Shown one piece after another: positions 10,417 to 21,456 of a stretch of 52,118 bases of DNA; positions within the stretch are counted from its first letter, which is position 1, and every line of letters begins with the position of its first letter. Origin of the DNA: an uncultured Chloroflexia bacterium (GTDB lineage: Bacteria; Chloroflexota; Dehalococcoidia; DSTF01; JALHUB01); assembly GCA_963726245.1 (NCBI GenBank), contig CAVSBT010000020.1, forward strand, positions 1-52,118, given 5' to 3'. The notes beneath the pieces are model-generated. The model did no database searches. It worked only from the letters and a program-made list of their open reading frames with translations, and was not told the DNA's origin. The position numbers and the translations under genes are program-made.

Positions 10417-11826
10417 ATGACAAAGCTTCCACCTTTGCGCCGCTCGGCAGCCCTCCTGGCCGGACGGGCCGCGGGCTTCGCCAGCCGCGCCCTGCGACGG
10501 GGCGGCGGCACCGCCCTGCCGGGCCTGGTCGCCGAGGCGCTGGACCCCGGCCTGGTCGCTGATCTGGCCTCCCGGTTGGGCGGCGGCTCCCTCATCGTCA
10601 CCGGCACCAACGGCAAGACGACAACGGCCCGCATGATAGCGGGCATCGCCTCGACGGCCGGACTTCAGCCTCTGCCGAACCGCAGCGGCTCCAACCTCAT
10701 GCGGGGCATCGCCACCGCCCTCATGGATGAGGCCGACCTCCGGGGTCGGGTGCGCGACGGAGCGCGCCGCCTCGGCGTCTTCGAGGTGGACGAGGCCACG
10801 CTGCCTGCAGGCGGCGGAGGCCGTGCGACCCCGCCTGCTGCTCTTCACCAACCTCTTCCGCGATCAGCTGGACCGCTACGGCGAGGTGGACTCGGTGGCG
10901 GCCTGCTGGCGCCTCACCCTGGAGAACACTGAGTCCTCGACGGCGGTGCTGCTCAACGCCGACGACCCCTCCGTCGCCGCCCTGGCCGACATCGCCCCCG
11001 GCGAGGTCGTCTACTACGGGGTCGATGACCCCTCGGCCGGCCTCGCCTGCGCCGAGCACGCCGCCGACGCCCGCTGGTGCCCGTCCTGCGGCAGCGAGTA
11101 CCGCTACTCGGTCCTCTTCTACGGCCACGTCGGCCACTGGCTCTGCCCCGGCTGCGGCCGCTCGCCGGCCGGCGCCTCAGGTGCGTGCCACCGCCGTGAC
11201 CCGGGAGGACGGCCGGACACTGATCGAGGTCGAGACGCCGGCGGGACCCCTCTCGCTATCGCTGGCCCTCAGCGGCCTCTACAACGTCTACAACGCCCTG
11301 GCCGCCGCCGCCGCCGGCCTGGCCCTGGGCGTCAGCCTGGAGGCGATAGGCGAGGGACTCTCCAGCGCGACGGCGGCCTTCGGCCGTCAGGAGTCGCTTC
11401 GAAGTCGACGGGCGCCGGGTGCTGGTTCTCCTGGGCAAGAACCCGGCCGGCCTCAACCAGGTGCTGCGCACCATCGCCGCCGACGAGACCGAGAAGCGGC
11501 TGCTCTTCCTCCTCAACGACGGCATCGCCGACGGGCGGGACGTCTCCTGGATCTGGGACGCCGACTTCGAGCTGCTGACCGGCCGGCCCGCCACCTGGGT
11601 CCTCTCCGGCACGCGCGCCGAGGACCTCGCCCTGCGCCTGAAGTACGCCGGCCTGGCGGCCCCGGCCGCCGTCGAGCCCAACGTGGGGGCGGCCCTGTCG
11701 CGGGCCCTGCGCGAGACGCCGCCGGGCGGGCTCCTCTATGTCGTGCCCACCTACACCGCCATGCTACCCGTCCGCGAGCTGCTCGCCCGCCGCGGGCGCC
11801 GTGCCCACTTCTGGGAGGAATCGTGA
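10417..11826 (+). CDS. murT: MurT, lipid II isoglutaminyl synthase ligase subunit (Mur ligase + DUF1727; frameshifted)
   Basis: GGTALPG, TGTNGKTTT, GSNL, EVDE, NLFRDQLDRYGE, CPSC/CPGC zinc finger, KNPAG, NDGIADGRDVSWIWD and PTYTAM across several frames. Confidence 0.88.
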
Positions 11827-12585
11827 GAAAGGTCCTGCGCCTCGCTCACCTCTACCCGCGGCTGATGAACATCTACGGCGACCGCGGCAACATCCTCTGC
11901 CTGCGCCTCCGCTGTGAGGCCCGCGATATCGAGCTGGCGGTGGAGGAGCTGGACCTGGGCGATCCGCTGGACCCTGCCGCCTACGACCTCATCTTCATCG
12001 GCGGGGGACAGGACCGCGAGCAGCGGCGCATCGCCGAGGACCTGGCCGTCGCCAAGGGCGAGGCGCTGCGAAAGGCGGCGGAGGACGGCGTGGCGATGCT
12101 GGCCGTCTGCGGCGGCTACCAGCTCTTCGGCCGCTACTACCGGACGGCGGCGGGCGACGAGCTGCCCGGCGCCGCCGTCTTCGACGCCTGGACGCGTGCA
12201 CCCCGGCGAGGGCGCCCGTCGCTGCATCGGCGACATGGCGGCGCGCTGGGAGGGCGGCACGCTGGTCGGCTTCGAGAACCACGGCGGCCGCACCTACCTC
12301 GGCGACGGCGCCCGCCCGCTGGCCCGCGTCGAGAGGGGGTTCGGCAACAACGGCGAGGACGGCGGCGAGGGCGCGGTCTACAGGAACGCCTACGGCACCT
12401 ACCTGCACGGTTCCCTGCTACCCAAGAACCCCCGCTTCACCGATCACATCCTGCGCGTCGCCCTGGGCCGGCGCTACAGCGAAGTAGAGCTGGTCCCTCT
12501 GGACGACGCCGCCGAGGACGCCGCCCACGACGCCGCCCTGCGCGTCGCCCGCCGTCGTGCCCCGCGCGCCCGGCGACCGGCCTGA
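11823..12585 (+). CDS. gatD: GatD, CobQ-like glutamine amidotransferase (frameshift ~12195)
   Basis: HLYPRLMNIYGDRGN, GGGQD, AVCGGYQ (catalytic Cys), GFENH and GTYLHGSLLPKNP; start overlaps the murT stop. Confidence 0.9.
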
Positions 12586-12589
12586 GCCC

Positions 12590-15279
12590 GTGAGTCCAGG
12601 TCCCCCCTGGAAGCTCGATCGTCGTCTCCCACACCCACTGGGACCGCGAGTGGTACCTCCCCTTCGAGGCCTTCCGGACGCGACTGGTCGGCACGGTCGA
12701 CCAGCTCCTGGACCTGCTCGACACGGACCCCGACTTCCGCTGCTTCCTGCTCGACGGCCAGACCGTCGCTCCTGGACGACTACCTGGAGGTGCGCCCGGA
12801 CCGCCGGGCCGACATCGAGCGGCAGGTGCGGGCGGGCCGCCTTCAGGTGGGCCCGTGGTACGTCCTGCCGGACGAGTTCCTGGTGGGCGGCGAGTCGCTG
12901 GTGCGCAACCTGATGCGCGGCCTGCGCTGCGCCCGCCGGTTCGGCGAGCCGATGATGGTGGGCTACCTGCCGGACAGCTTCGGCCACGTCGCCCACATGC
13001 CGGCCGTCCTGCGCGGCTTCGGCATCGAGAACGCCGTCATCTGGCGCGGCGCCGGCGACGACCTCGCAGAAGACAGAGTTCTTCTGGCGCGCCCCCGACG
13101 GCAGCGAGGTGCTGACCGTCCACCTGCCCGCGGGCTACTGCATCGCCAGCGACCTGCCGGCCGAGCGGGAGGCGCTGCTGGAGGCCATCCGCGCGCATCC
13201 GCGAGACGCTGGAGCCGCGCGCTACCACCCCCTATCTCCTCCTCATGAACGGCAACGACCACACGCCGCCCCAGGCCGATCTCGCCGGCATCATCGCCAC
13301 CGCCAACGACGGCCCTCGACCGACGCCGAGCTGGTGCACGGCACACCTGCCGGCGCTGTTCGCAGGCCATCCGGGAGGTCATGGGGGAGCAGTCCGGGGC
13401 CTGGCCCCGCTACCGGGGCGAGCTCCGCAGCGGCCGGAGCGCGCACGTGCTGCCGGGCGTGCTCTCGGCGCGCATGTGGATCAAGCAGCGCAACCAGGAG
13501 TGCGAAGACCTGCTGACCCGCTGGGCGGAGCCCCTTTCCCTGTGGTCGGCCCTGCTTCGGAGGCGCCTGGGCGAAGCGATGGCGCGAGCCGCCGCTGCCG
13601 GCGGGCCCCGCCGGCCTCTATCCATCGCAGCCCGCCTCCGTGGCCGGTCTCCTGGACGCCGCCTGGGGCGAGCTGCTCCGCAACCAGCCGCACGACTCCA
13701 TCTGCGGCTGCAGCATCGACCAGGTGCACGACGAGATGCGCGTCCGCTTCGACCGCTGCCGGCAGATCGGGGAGGAGCTGACGCGGCAGGCCATGCGCAC
13801 GACTCTGCGCCCAGCATGCCCTCCGGCGATGGCCTGGGCGTGGCCGTCTTCAACCCGCTGAACGGCCCCCGCACGCGACTTCGTCACCGTGCTGCTGCCC
13901 CGCCGCGAGGGCGAGGAGCCGCTGGAGGTGGTCGACCCCTCGGGGCGGGCCATCCCCTGCCAGGTGCTGACGCCGGACGCCGGAGAGTCGCCTTTAGGGC
14001 CGGTGAGCCAGGCGGCGCCGCCGCCGCGCATCGAGGTGGGCTTCGTGGCGCCCGAGGTGCCCGGCTTCGGCTACCGCACCTTTCGCGTCGTGCACGGCCC
14101 GCCGCGCCCGCCGTCCACCCGAGACGGCGGCAGCATCGAGAACGAGTTCTTCCGCGTGACGGCCGACCCCGGCGACGGCACGCTGACCGTTCTCGACAAG
14201 CGAAGCGGCCGCAGCCTGTCCGGCCTCAACCGCTTCGTGGACGGCGGCGACCGCGGCGACGAGTACAACTACTGCCGCCCGGCCCGCGATGAGGTGGTGG
14301 ACCGCCCGTCGCCGCCGGCCGCGCATCGCCGTGGTGGAGGGCGGCCCCGCCCGCTGGACGCTGGAGGTGGCCCTGGACTACAGCCTGCCGCGCGCCCTGA
14401 CCGTCGACCGCGACGGGCGCTCAACCGAGCGGGTGGAGTGTCCCATCGTGAGCCGGGTCAGCCTCTACCCCGGCGTCCGCCGCGTCGACATCCACAGCGA
14501 GGTCGAGAACCAGCGCCCAGGACCACCGCCTGCGCGTCCACTTCCCGGCCGGCCTCCAGACCGACGTCTCCCACGCCGAGCAGCACTTCGGCGTGGTGGC
14601 GCGGCCGCTGGCCCTGCCCGCCTGGGACGAGACCTGGGCCGAGGAGCCGGTCGGGCACCTACCCGCAGAAGACCTTTGTGGACGTGTCCGACGGCGAGCG
14701 CGGCCTGATGCTCGCCAACCGCGGCCTCCCGGAGTACGAGGTGCTGCCGGGCGGACGGCGTCACCATCGCCCTGACGCTGCTGCGCTGCGTCGGATACCT
14801 ATCCCGCGACGACCTCTCGTCGCGTCGCGGGCTGGCGGGCCCCGTGCTGCCCACGCCGGGCGCCCAGATGCCCGGCCGCCACGCCTTCGACTACGCCCTG
14901 ATCCCCCACGAGGGCGGCTGGGAGGACGCCTGGCCCGAGGCGCACCGGTTCGCCGTGCCGATGCGGGCCCGTCGCGTGGAAGGCGGCTCCGGCGCCCTGC
15001 CGGCGGAAGGGGCCCTCCTGGCCCTCGAGGGCCCGGCCTTCGCCGTCTCCGCCATCAAGCGCGCCGAGGATGGAGGGGGCGTCGTCGTCCGGCTGTACAA
15101 CATCAGCTCGTCGCCGGCGTCGGGCCGCGTGCGGCTCGATGGAGCCGTTCCAGGGCGTCGAGTTCGTCAACATGGAAGAGGCGTTCTTGGCCGAGGCGCC
15201 GCTGGACGGCGGCTGGGTGCGCCTGGAGGCGCGTCCCAACCAGGTCATCAACCTCCGCTTCCGCACCGAGAGGCTGTAA
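12590..15279 (+). CDS. GH38 alpha-mannosidase / mannosylglycerate hydrolase-like (many frameshifts)
   Basis: SHTHWDREWY, FLLDGQ, GPWYVLPDEF, YLPDSFGH, NGNDH, NQPHDSICGCSIDQVH, DGGDRGDEYNY and TLLRCVG. Confidence 0.85.
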
Positions 15280-15285
15280 ACAAGA

Positions 15286-15312
15286 GAGAGGCGACCATCC
15301 TGGTCGCCTCTC
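15286..15312. terminator. Hairpin between convergent genes, probable bidirectional terminator
   Basis: GAGAGGCGACCA-TCC-TGGTCGCCTCTC, a perfect 12-bp stem. Confidence 0.65.
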
Positions 15313-15338
15313 CCAACTGGTGGTCTGCTCGCCGAAGC

Positions 15339-16400
15339 TTATCTGCGGACGCGGACCCTCCAGAGGATGGTAGCGCCACTCAGCAGCAGCACGGCACCTG
15401 CCGCCGCGAGCACGTACCACCAGGTCGACGTGCTACCGCTGCCGCCATATCCTCCCTGCAACCCGGCGCTGCCGGCCGCAGGCAGTCGGGTGGCCGGAGA
15501 CGTCTGGCCCGCCGCCGTCGAGGCGGGGATGGTGCCGCAGGACACGTAAGTGTTTATCCCTGCCTGCGACAGGTGGGCGTTGATGGCGAAGTTGCCTGTT
15601 TCGAGGCTGCTTAGAGACGCGTTCACAAGCGTCATCGATTTCCCGTCGACGATGCTGGTGAGGGGGTAGACCACGGCACCCAGGTTGTCGCAGGTGCCCG
15701 CATGAATGTGGACGGGCTGCGGGACGCCGGCCGCTCCCGGAGCGATACTGATGTCCACCTCTGTCTGACCACCCATCGCCGTCAGCATCGCCGTGCCGGG
15801 CTGGCTGCCGTCGCGGCCGGGACCCAGGGTAACGGTGATACTGCCGGCGCTGGCGCCACCGGCCGGAGCAGCCGGCGTCGGCATCGCAGCGGGCGTCGGG
15901 GCAGCCGCGGGCATCGGAGTGGGTGTGGGTGCAGCCGCGGGCATCGGAGTGGGCGCGGGCCCATACCCAGGCATGGCAGTGGGCGCGGGCGTCGGCGTGG
16001 GCTGCTGATCCTGCGCCGCCGTCACGACTACTGTGCCCGACATCCCAACATCGCCGGGCCCGCCGTGGAACATGCAGTAGTAGGGGAATGTCCCAACCTG
16101 ATTGAATGTGAAGCTGAAGGTATCTCCTTGCTTCAGCGGGGTGCTCCCCGAGTCGAAGACGCCGGTGTCGCTCGTCACCGTGTGACCATGAGTGCCGGTG
16201 ACCTCCCAAGTGACCGTGGTGCCTACGGGAACGGTGATCGTCTGTGGGGCGAAGTGGTCGTCACCAACCTGGACCGTGGTTGCCCCCTGAGCCCTGGCCG
16301 GGCTCGCCGTGTCGTGGAGGCTCCAAGAGCCCGCCAGCAGCGCCGCCGCCACTGCCAGCATCCCCACGCCGAAGAACCTCCACCCTTTGACAGCCGTCAT
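15339..16400 (-). CDS. Secreted cupredoxin (plastocyanin-like) with Pro/Thr linker, HIH domain and C-terminal sorting signal
   Basis: Signal peptide ending ARA; type-1 Cu ligands HTV...YYCMFHG..GM; PTPMPAAA repeats; PVHIHAGTC...INAH...CG; LPAAG + TM + RVRVRR. Confidence 0.8.
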   Translation of the reverse strand: MTAVKGWRFFGVGMLAVAAALLAGSWSLHDTASPARAQGATTVQVGDDHFAPQTITVPVGTTVTWEVTGTHGHTVTSDTGVFDSGSTPLKQGDTFSFTFNQVGTFPYYCMFHGGPGDVGMSGTVVVTAAQDQQPTPTPAPTAMPGYGPAPTPMPAAAPTPTPMPAAAPTPAAMPTPAAPAGGASAGSITVTLGPGRDGSQPGTAMLTAMGGQTEVDISIAPGAAGVPQPVHIHAGTCDNLGAVVYPLTSIVDGKSMTLVNASLSSLETGNFAINAHLSQAGINTYVSCGTIPASTAAGQTSPATRLPAAGSAGLQGGYGGSGSTSTWWYVLAAAGAVLLLSGATILWRVRVRR

Positions 16401-16584
16401 GTGTGGATCCCTCCCTCCTGAATGATGGTCGCGAGTGCAACCACTGAACGCTATTATACTTATTATACGCGATAACCTCTCCTGAGGATTCACATAGGTT
16501 CATCCCCCCGCTGAGGCTCGTCGGCGGAGCGCGGCACGTCGTGTGAGCATCGCTGGCTGACAGACGCTCGCCTGAGGGGCTATC

Positions 16585-17484
16585 ATGGCTTCGCCCTCTC
16601 GCTCGACAGTGAAAGGAGCCGCCTTGCCCGCTGATGCCGTCCTCTGCGAACGACACGGCCCCGTCGCCGTCCTTCGCCTCAACCGGCCCGAGAAGCACAA
16701 CGCCGTCAACCGCCGCCTCTCCTCGGCCCTGGTCGCCCACCTGGACGCCCTCGCCGTCGACGACGAGGTGCGCGTGGTCGTCGTCACGGGAGCGGGTGAG
16801 AAGGCCTTTTGCGCCGGCGCCGACATGACGGAGGCTCTCGGCGCATCACAAGGCAAGGGCCGGGGCGACGGCACCGTCGACGTCATCGCGGGGCTGCTGC
16901 GCTTCCCCAAGCCGGTCATCGCCGCCGTCAACGGCTTCGCCTACGGGGGCGGCGCCGTGCTGGCCATCGCCTGCGACCTGCGGGTGGCGGCTCACACGGC
17001 CCGCTTTCGCTTCCCCGGAGCCGCCTACGGCCTGGTGGTCGGAGGCAGCCTGTTGCCCCGCATCGTCGGCCCGTCGCGGGCCAAGGACCTCATCTTCACC
17101 GCCCGCGTGATCGAGGCCGCCGAGGCGCTGCGCATCGGGCTGGTGGACCGGCTGGTGGCCCAGGCCGACCTGGAGGAGACCGTCCTGGAGCTGGCGGCCG
17201 AGATCGCGGAGAATTCGCCCGCAGCCGTGCGCGCCTCGAAGGAGGTCATCGACGCCGCGCTGCCCCTGGAGCCGGCGGCGCGTCGAGAGATGGAGGCGAA
17301 CCTGGCGCTGCGGGCCTCGGAGGAGCACCGGCGCCGCTTCCGGGACGCCACGGAGCGCATGGCCGGGCGGAGCCGAGATGTAGGGAGGCAGACTCGTAGA
17401 CTGCAGACCTTCAGGTCTGGTCTGGGTGCAGGTCTGTGGCCCTCATCGGCTCTGCCGGCGGCTCGCAGCGAGGAGAGGAAGTGA
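16585..17484 (+). CDS. Crotonase-superfamily protein lacking the canonical catalytic glutamates
   Basis: LNRPEKHNA, AFCAGAD and PKPVIAAVNG are present; GGGAVL and FPGAAYG stand where GGGxE and PE are expected. Confidence 0.85.
   Translation: MASPSRSTVKGAALPADAVLCERHGPVAVLRLNRPEKHNAVNRRLSSALVAHLDALAVDDEVRVVVVTGAGEKAFCAGADMTEALGASQGKGRGDGTVDVIAGLLRFPKPVIAAVNGFAYGGGAVLAIACDLRVAAHTARFRFPGAAYGLVVGGSLLPRIVGPSRAKDLIFTARVIEAAEALRIGLVDRLVAQADLEETVLELAAEIAENSPAAVRASKEVIDAALPLEPAARREMEANLALRASEEHRRRFRDATERMAGRSRDVGRQTRRLQTFRSGLGAGLWPSSALPAARSEERK
17396..17419. repeat. GTAG-type REP-like palindrome in the 3' end of the crotonase gene
   Basis: GTAGACTG-CAGACCTTCAGGTCTG, with the same CTTCAG loop as other REPs in the window. 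Confidence 0.55.
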
Positions 17485-17488
17485 ACCC

Positions 17489-18013
17489 ATGGTGACCGAA
17501 GACGCCCGCGAACGCCTCATCTCGTATCTGGCGCACCAGGGCTCGAAGGACGTGCCGGCGATCCTCGACCTCATCGAGGGGCAGCGCGCGCGGCTGCTCG
17601 CCCTCCTCGACGGGGTGAGCGAGCGGCAGGCGGCCTTCCGTCCGGCGCCCGACCAGTGGTCCATCGCCGACGTGCTGCGCCACGTCACCGCCGCCGAAGA
17701 GAACGTGGCGCTCATCGTCGAGTCGCTGGCCCGCGGCGTCGTCCCCGACGCACGGTTAGAGGCGGGCCGGCAGACGCCTGACGAGGGGCAGCCGCTGGCA
17801 GCGCTCGTCGAGCGGCTGCGCGCCGCCCGCGTCGACCTGCTGGCGCGGGTCCGCGGCTGGCCCGCCGCGCCGGACCTGGCGGCGACGTTTGACCACCCCT
17901 TCTTCGGGCCGCTCAACTGCAAGGGCTGGGTGGCCTTCCAGCGCCTCCACGACGCCGACCACACCGGCCAGCTCGAGCAAATCATGGCGGCCGAGGGGTA
18001 TCCGGGAGGCTAA
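17489..18013 (+). CDS. DinB/YfiT family protein
   Basis: WSIADVLRH, HPFFGPLN and HDADH. Confidence 0.85.
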   Translation: MVTEDARERLISYLAHQGSKDVPAILDLIEGQRARLLALLDGVSERQAAFRPAPDQWSIADVLRHVTAAEENVALIVESLARGVVPDARLEAGRQTPDEGQPLAALVERLRAARVDLLARVRGWPAAPDLAATFDHPFFGPLNCKGWVAFQRLHDADHTGQLEQIMAAEGYPGG

Positions 18014-18021
18014 CGTCCATT

Positions 18022-18047
18022 GTAGGGGCCGAGCTGAAGCTCGGCCC
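18022..18047. repeat. GTAG-type REP palindrome
   Basis: GTAG-GGGCCGAGCT-GA-AGCTCGGCCC. Confidence 0.8.
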
Positions 18048-18061
18048 TCAGGGAGGGTTGA

Positions 18062-18726
18062 TTGGCTACCAGTGGGCAAATCGACAGGCTCATTGGCGAG
18101 GCGCTTGAGATCATCCCGAGCATCACGAGTGGCCGGGGCAGCTTCAACACGATGCCCGAATTGGGATATGCCGCACGACACCCAGGAGAATGGCAGAGGG
18201 AATTCCTGAGACGCATGGATGGCCAGTATCTCACCGCGTTCAAGCCCGATACCCACCTAATCCTACCACTCGTTAGGCTGGTGAATCAGAGCCGCTTGGC
18301 ATGGCGATGCCTTCTCAGACATCCTTCGAGACTCTCTCAAGTGTACTGGGCTATGTCGTCCTGGAAATGCTCATTCGTCGGCTCACGCCCGCGATCGATG
18401 AGTGGGGTTATCTGCTTCAGCCTATCGGGAAACTGAGGCAGGGACGGCGAGTCAGCCGATTGAAGGACGTTCTAGACGCGTTTGAAGACAGCAGCCCATT
18501 CAACGATCTGAAACGGGACCTTCAAGACCTCAACTCTCGCATGTCCAGTGCTGAACTCGACCGGCTCGGCAATCCGGAGATCATTGACCTGTACGGCCGA
18601 ATCGAAAAAGGCCGCAACCTCATGCTCCATGGCAACCTCACACACAGCTTCGAAGGGAACCTGCTCGTCTTGCTGATAGACCTCATCGTTCTCCACGTAA
18701 TGAAACATGAGCTAGAGTCAGCATGA
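18062..18726 (+). CDS. Low-GC hypothetical protein with a HEPN-like RxxxxH motif (probably one gene frameshifted at ~18277-18300)
   Basis: Overlapping ORFs 18062..18436 and 18301..18726; RBS GGAGG; helical sequence with LEMLIRR and GRNLMLHG; GC about 50-58% in two sampled lines. Confidence 0.6.
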
Positions 18727-18788
18727 CCTACGAAACCACTTCGGTCCACGTTTCTGGGCTAAGGGCGAGGTCGTGGGGCTGATGCAAT

Positions 18789-18816
18789 GTAGGGGCGCAT
18801 GGCCATGCGCCCCTAC
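18789..18816. repeat. GTAG-type REP, perfect 28-bp palindrome
   Basis: GTAGGGGCGCATGGCCATGCGCCCCTAC. Confidence 0.8.
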
Positions 18817-18841
18817 GGCAGGAACGCCGCGCCCCGCGCCC

Positions 18842-19633
<792 letters not shown>

Positions 19634-19769
19634 CGGTAGCCCTCCTCGTACTTGCCCGCCTAGATTCGCCGACATCATATGGGCTCGGCCTGAGCGCGGC
19701 AAGCACCAAGCGGCCCCCGTAGCCTAAGCTGGGGGGCCGGAGAGCGGCGAGTGTTGCCGGACGCTCGGC

Positions 19770-21228
19770 CTACAGGTGGCCGTGGTATGCCTTGCGGTGG
19801 TGCGAGGCGGCGCCGGTGCGGTAGGCGGCGTTCGCCACCTCGCGCGCGACGGCCCGCTGCACCGACTTGTTGAAGACGCTGGGGATGATGTACTCCTCGT
19901 GCAGCTCGTTCTTGGAGACGCCGGCGGCGATGGCCTGCGCGGCGGCCACCTTCATCTCCTCGTTGACCTCGTGGGCGTGAGCGTCCAGCAGGCCGCGGAA
20001 GAAGCCGGGGAAGCAGAGGACGTTGTTGATCTGGTTCGGGTAGTCCGAGCGGCCGGTGGCCATGACGCGCACATAGGGCAGCGCCTCCTCGGGATCGATC
20101 TCCGGATCCGGGTTGGCCATGGCGAACACGATCGCGTCGCGGTTCATCTTCTTGACGTCGTCGACGGTGATGGTGTTCGGCCCCGACAGGCCGAGGAACA
20201 TGTCGGCGCCCTCCATCGCATCGTGGATGGTGCCGCGGATGCCGCGGGGGTTGGTGACCTCGGCGAGTCGCTCCTTGGCCGGGTTCATCCCTTCCGTGCG
20301 GCCTTTGTAGATGACGCCCTTTCGGTCGCAGCCCATGATGTCGCTGACGCCGACGGACAGCAGCATCTTGGCGCAGGCGATGCCGCTGGCGCCCGCCCCC
20401 GAGATCACCACGCGCAGGTCCTGCACGTTCTTGCGGACTATCTTGACGGCGTTGAGGAGCGCCGGCCAGGACGACCACCGCCGTGCCGTGCTGGTCGTCG
20501 TGGAAGACGGGGATGTCCAGCTCTTGCCTGAGCCGGTCCTCGACCTCGAAGCAGCGGGGCGCGGAGATGTCCTCCAGGTTGATGCCGCCGAAGACGGGCG
20601 CGATGAGCTTGACGCAGCGCACGATCTCGTCTGGGTCCTTCGTAGCCAGGCAGACCGGCCACGCGTCGACGCCGCCGAACTCCTTGAACAGCATCGCCTT
20701 GCCCTCCATGACAGGCAGGGCTGCTTCCGGCCCGATGTCGCCCAGGCCCAGCACCGCCGTCCCGTCGGTCACCACCGCCACCGTGTTCCGTTTGATGGTC
20801 AGCGCCCACACGGCGTTGGGGTCATCGTGGATGGCCATGGAGACTCGGGCTACGCCGGGGGTGTAGGCCATGGAGAGGTCGCTGCGCGTCTTGATGGGTA
20901 CGCGCGGAGTGACCTCGATCTTGCCGCCCAGGTGCATGAGGAAGACGGGGTCGGCGACGCTGCGGATAGTTACGCCCTCTACAGACCTTAGCCTCTCCAC
21001 GATCTCGCGGCCGTGCATGTCGTCGCGGGCGGCCACGGTGATATCGCGGCACAATCGGTCTCGGCTCGCCTGTACGATGTCTATGGCGTCGATATTGCCG
21101 CCGGCCTCGCCGATGCTGGAGGCGATTTTGCCCAGCATGCCCGGTTGGTTGGGGTACTGAGCACGAATCGTGAAGTTGTAGCCTCCGCCCGAGACATCCT
21201 TTTCGGCGACGCCCGTCCTGTGCACCAT
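19770..21228 (-). CDS. NAD(P)-dependent malic enzyme with N-terminal ACT domain (frameshift ~20460)
   Basis: YTPGVA, VTDGTAVLGLG, VMEGK, FHDDQHGT, GAGASG and TGRSDYPNQINN. Confidence 0.92.
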
Positions 21229-21456
21229 GACGACTCCTTTCCCGCCCCTGCTCCTAACAAATCTCCGCTTCCGATACCAAGACCATTATAGGCGGCAGCC
21301 CGGCTGGACGCCAGACACGGACGCGCCAAGTTGATCGTTACGGAGGGCCTTCCTAGAATCAGGCTGGAGGTGGGCGCCGTCCAGGCAGCCCCGCAAGGGC
21401 GCGTGGCCTGCTAAAGCGTGTAGGCCAGGAATCGCCGCCGGCGCCCCCGCACGAGA

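Noticed and set aside
12590-15279. GH38 as a true pseudogene, or programmed frameshifting
   Set aside because: Catalytic motifs are intact, and similar indels hit essential genes with no shared slippery motif, so assembly error is more parsimonious.
15880-16005. Tandem ~24-nt repeats
   Set aside because: They encode the Pro/Thr/Ala linker of the cupredoxin; not CRISPR or a non-coding array.
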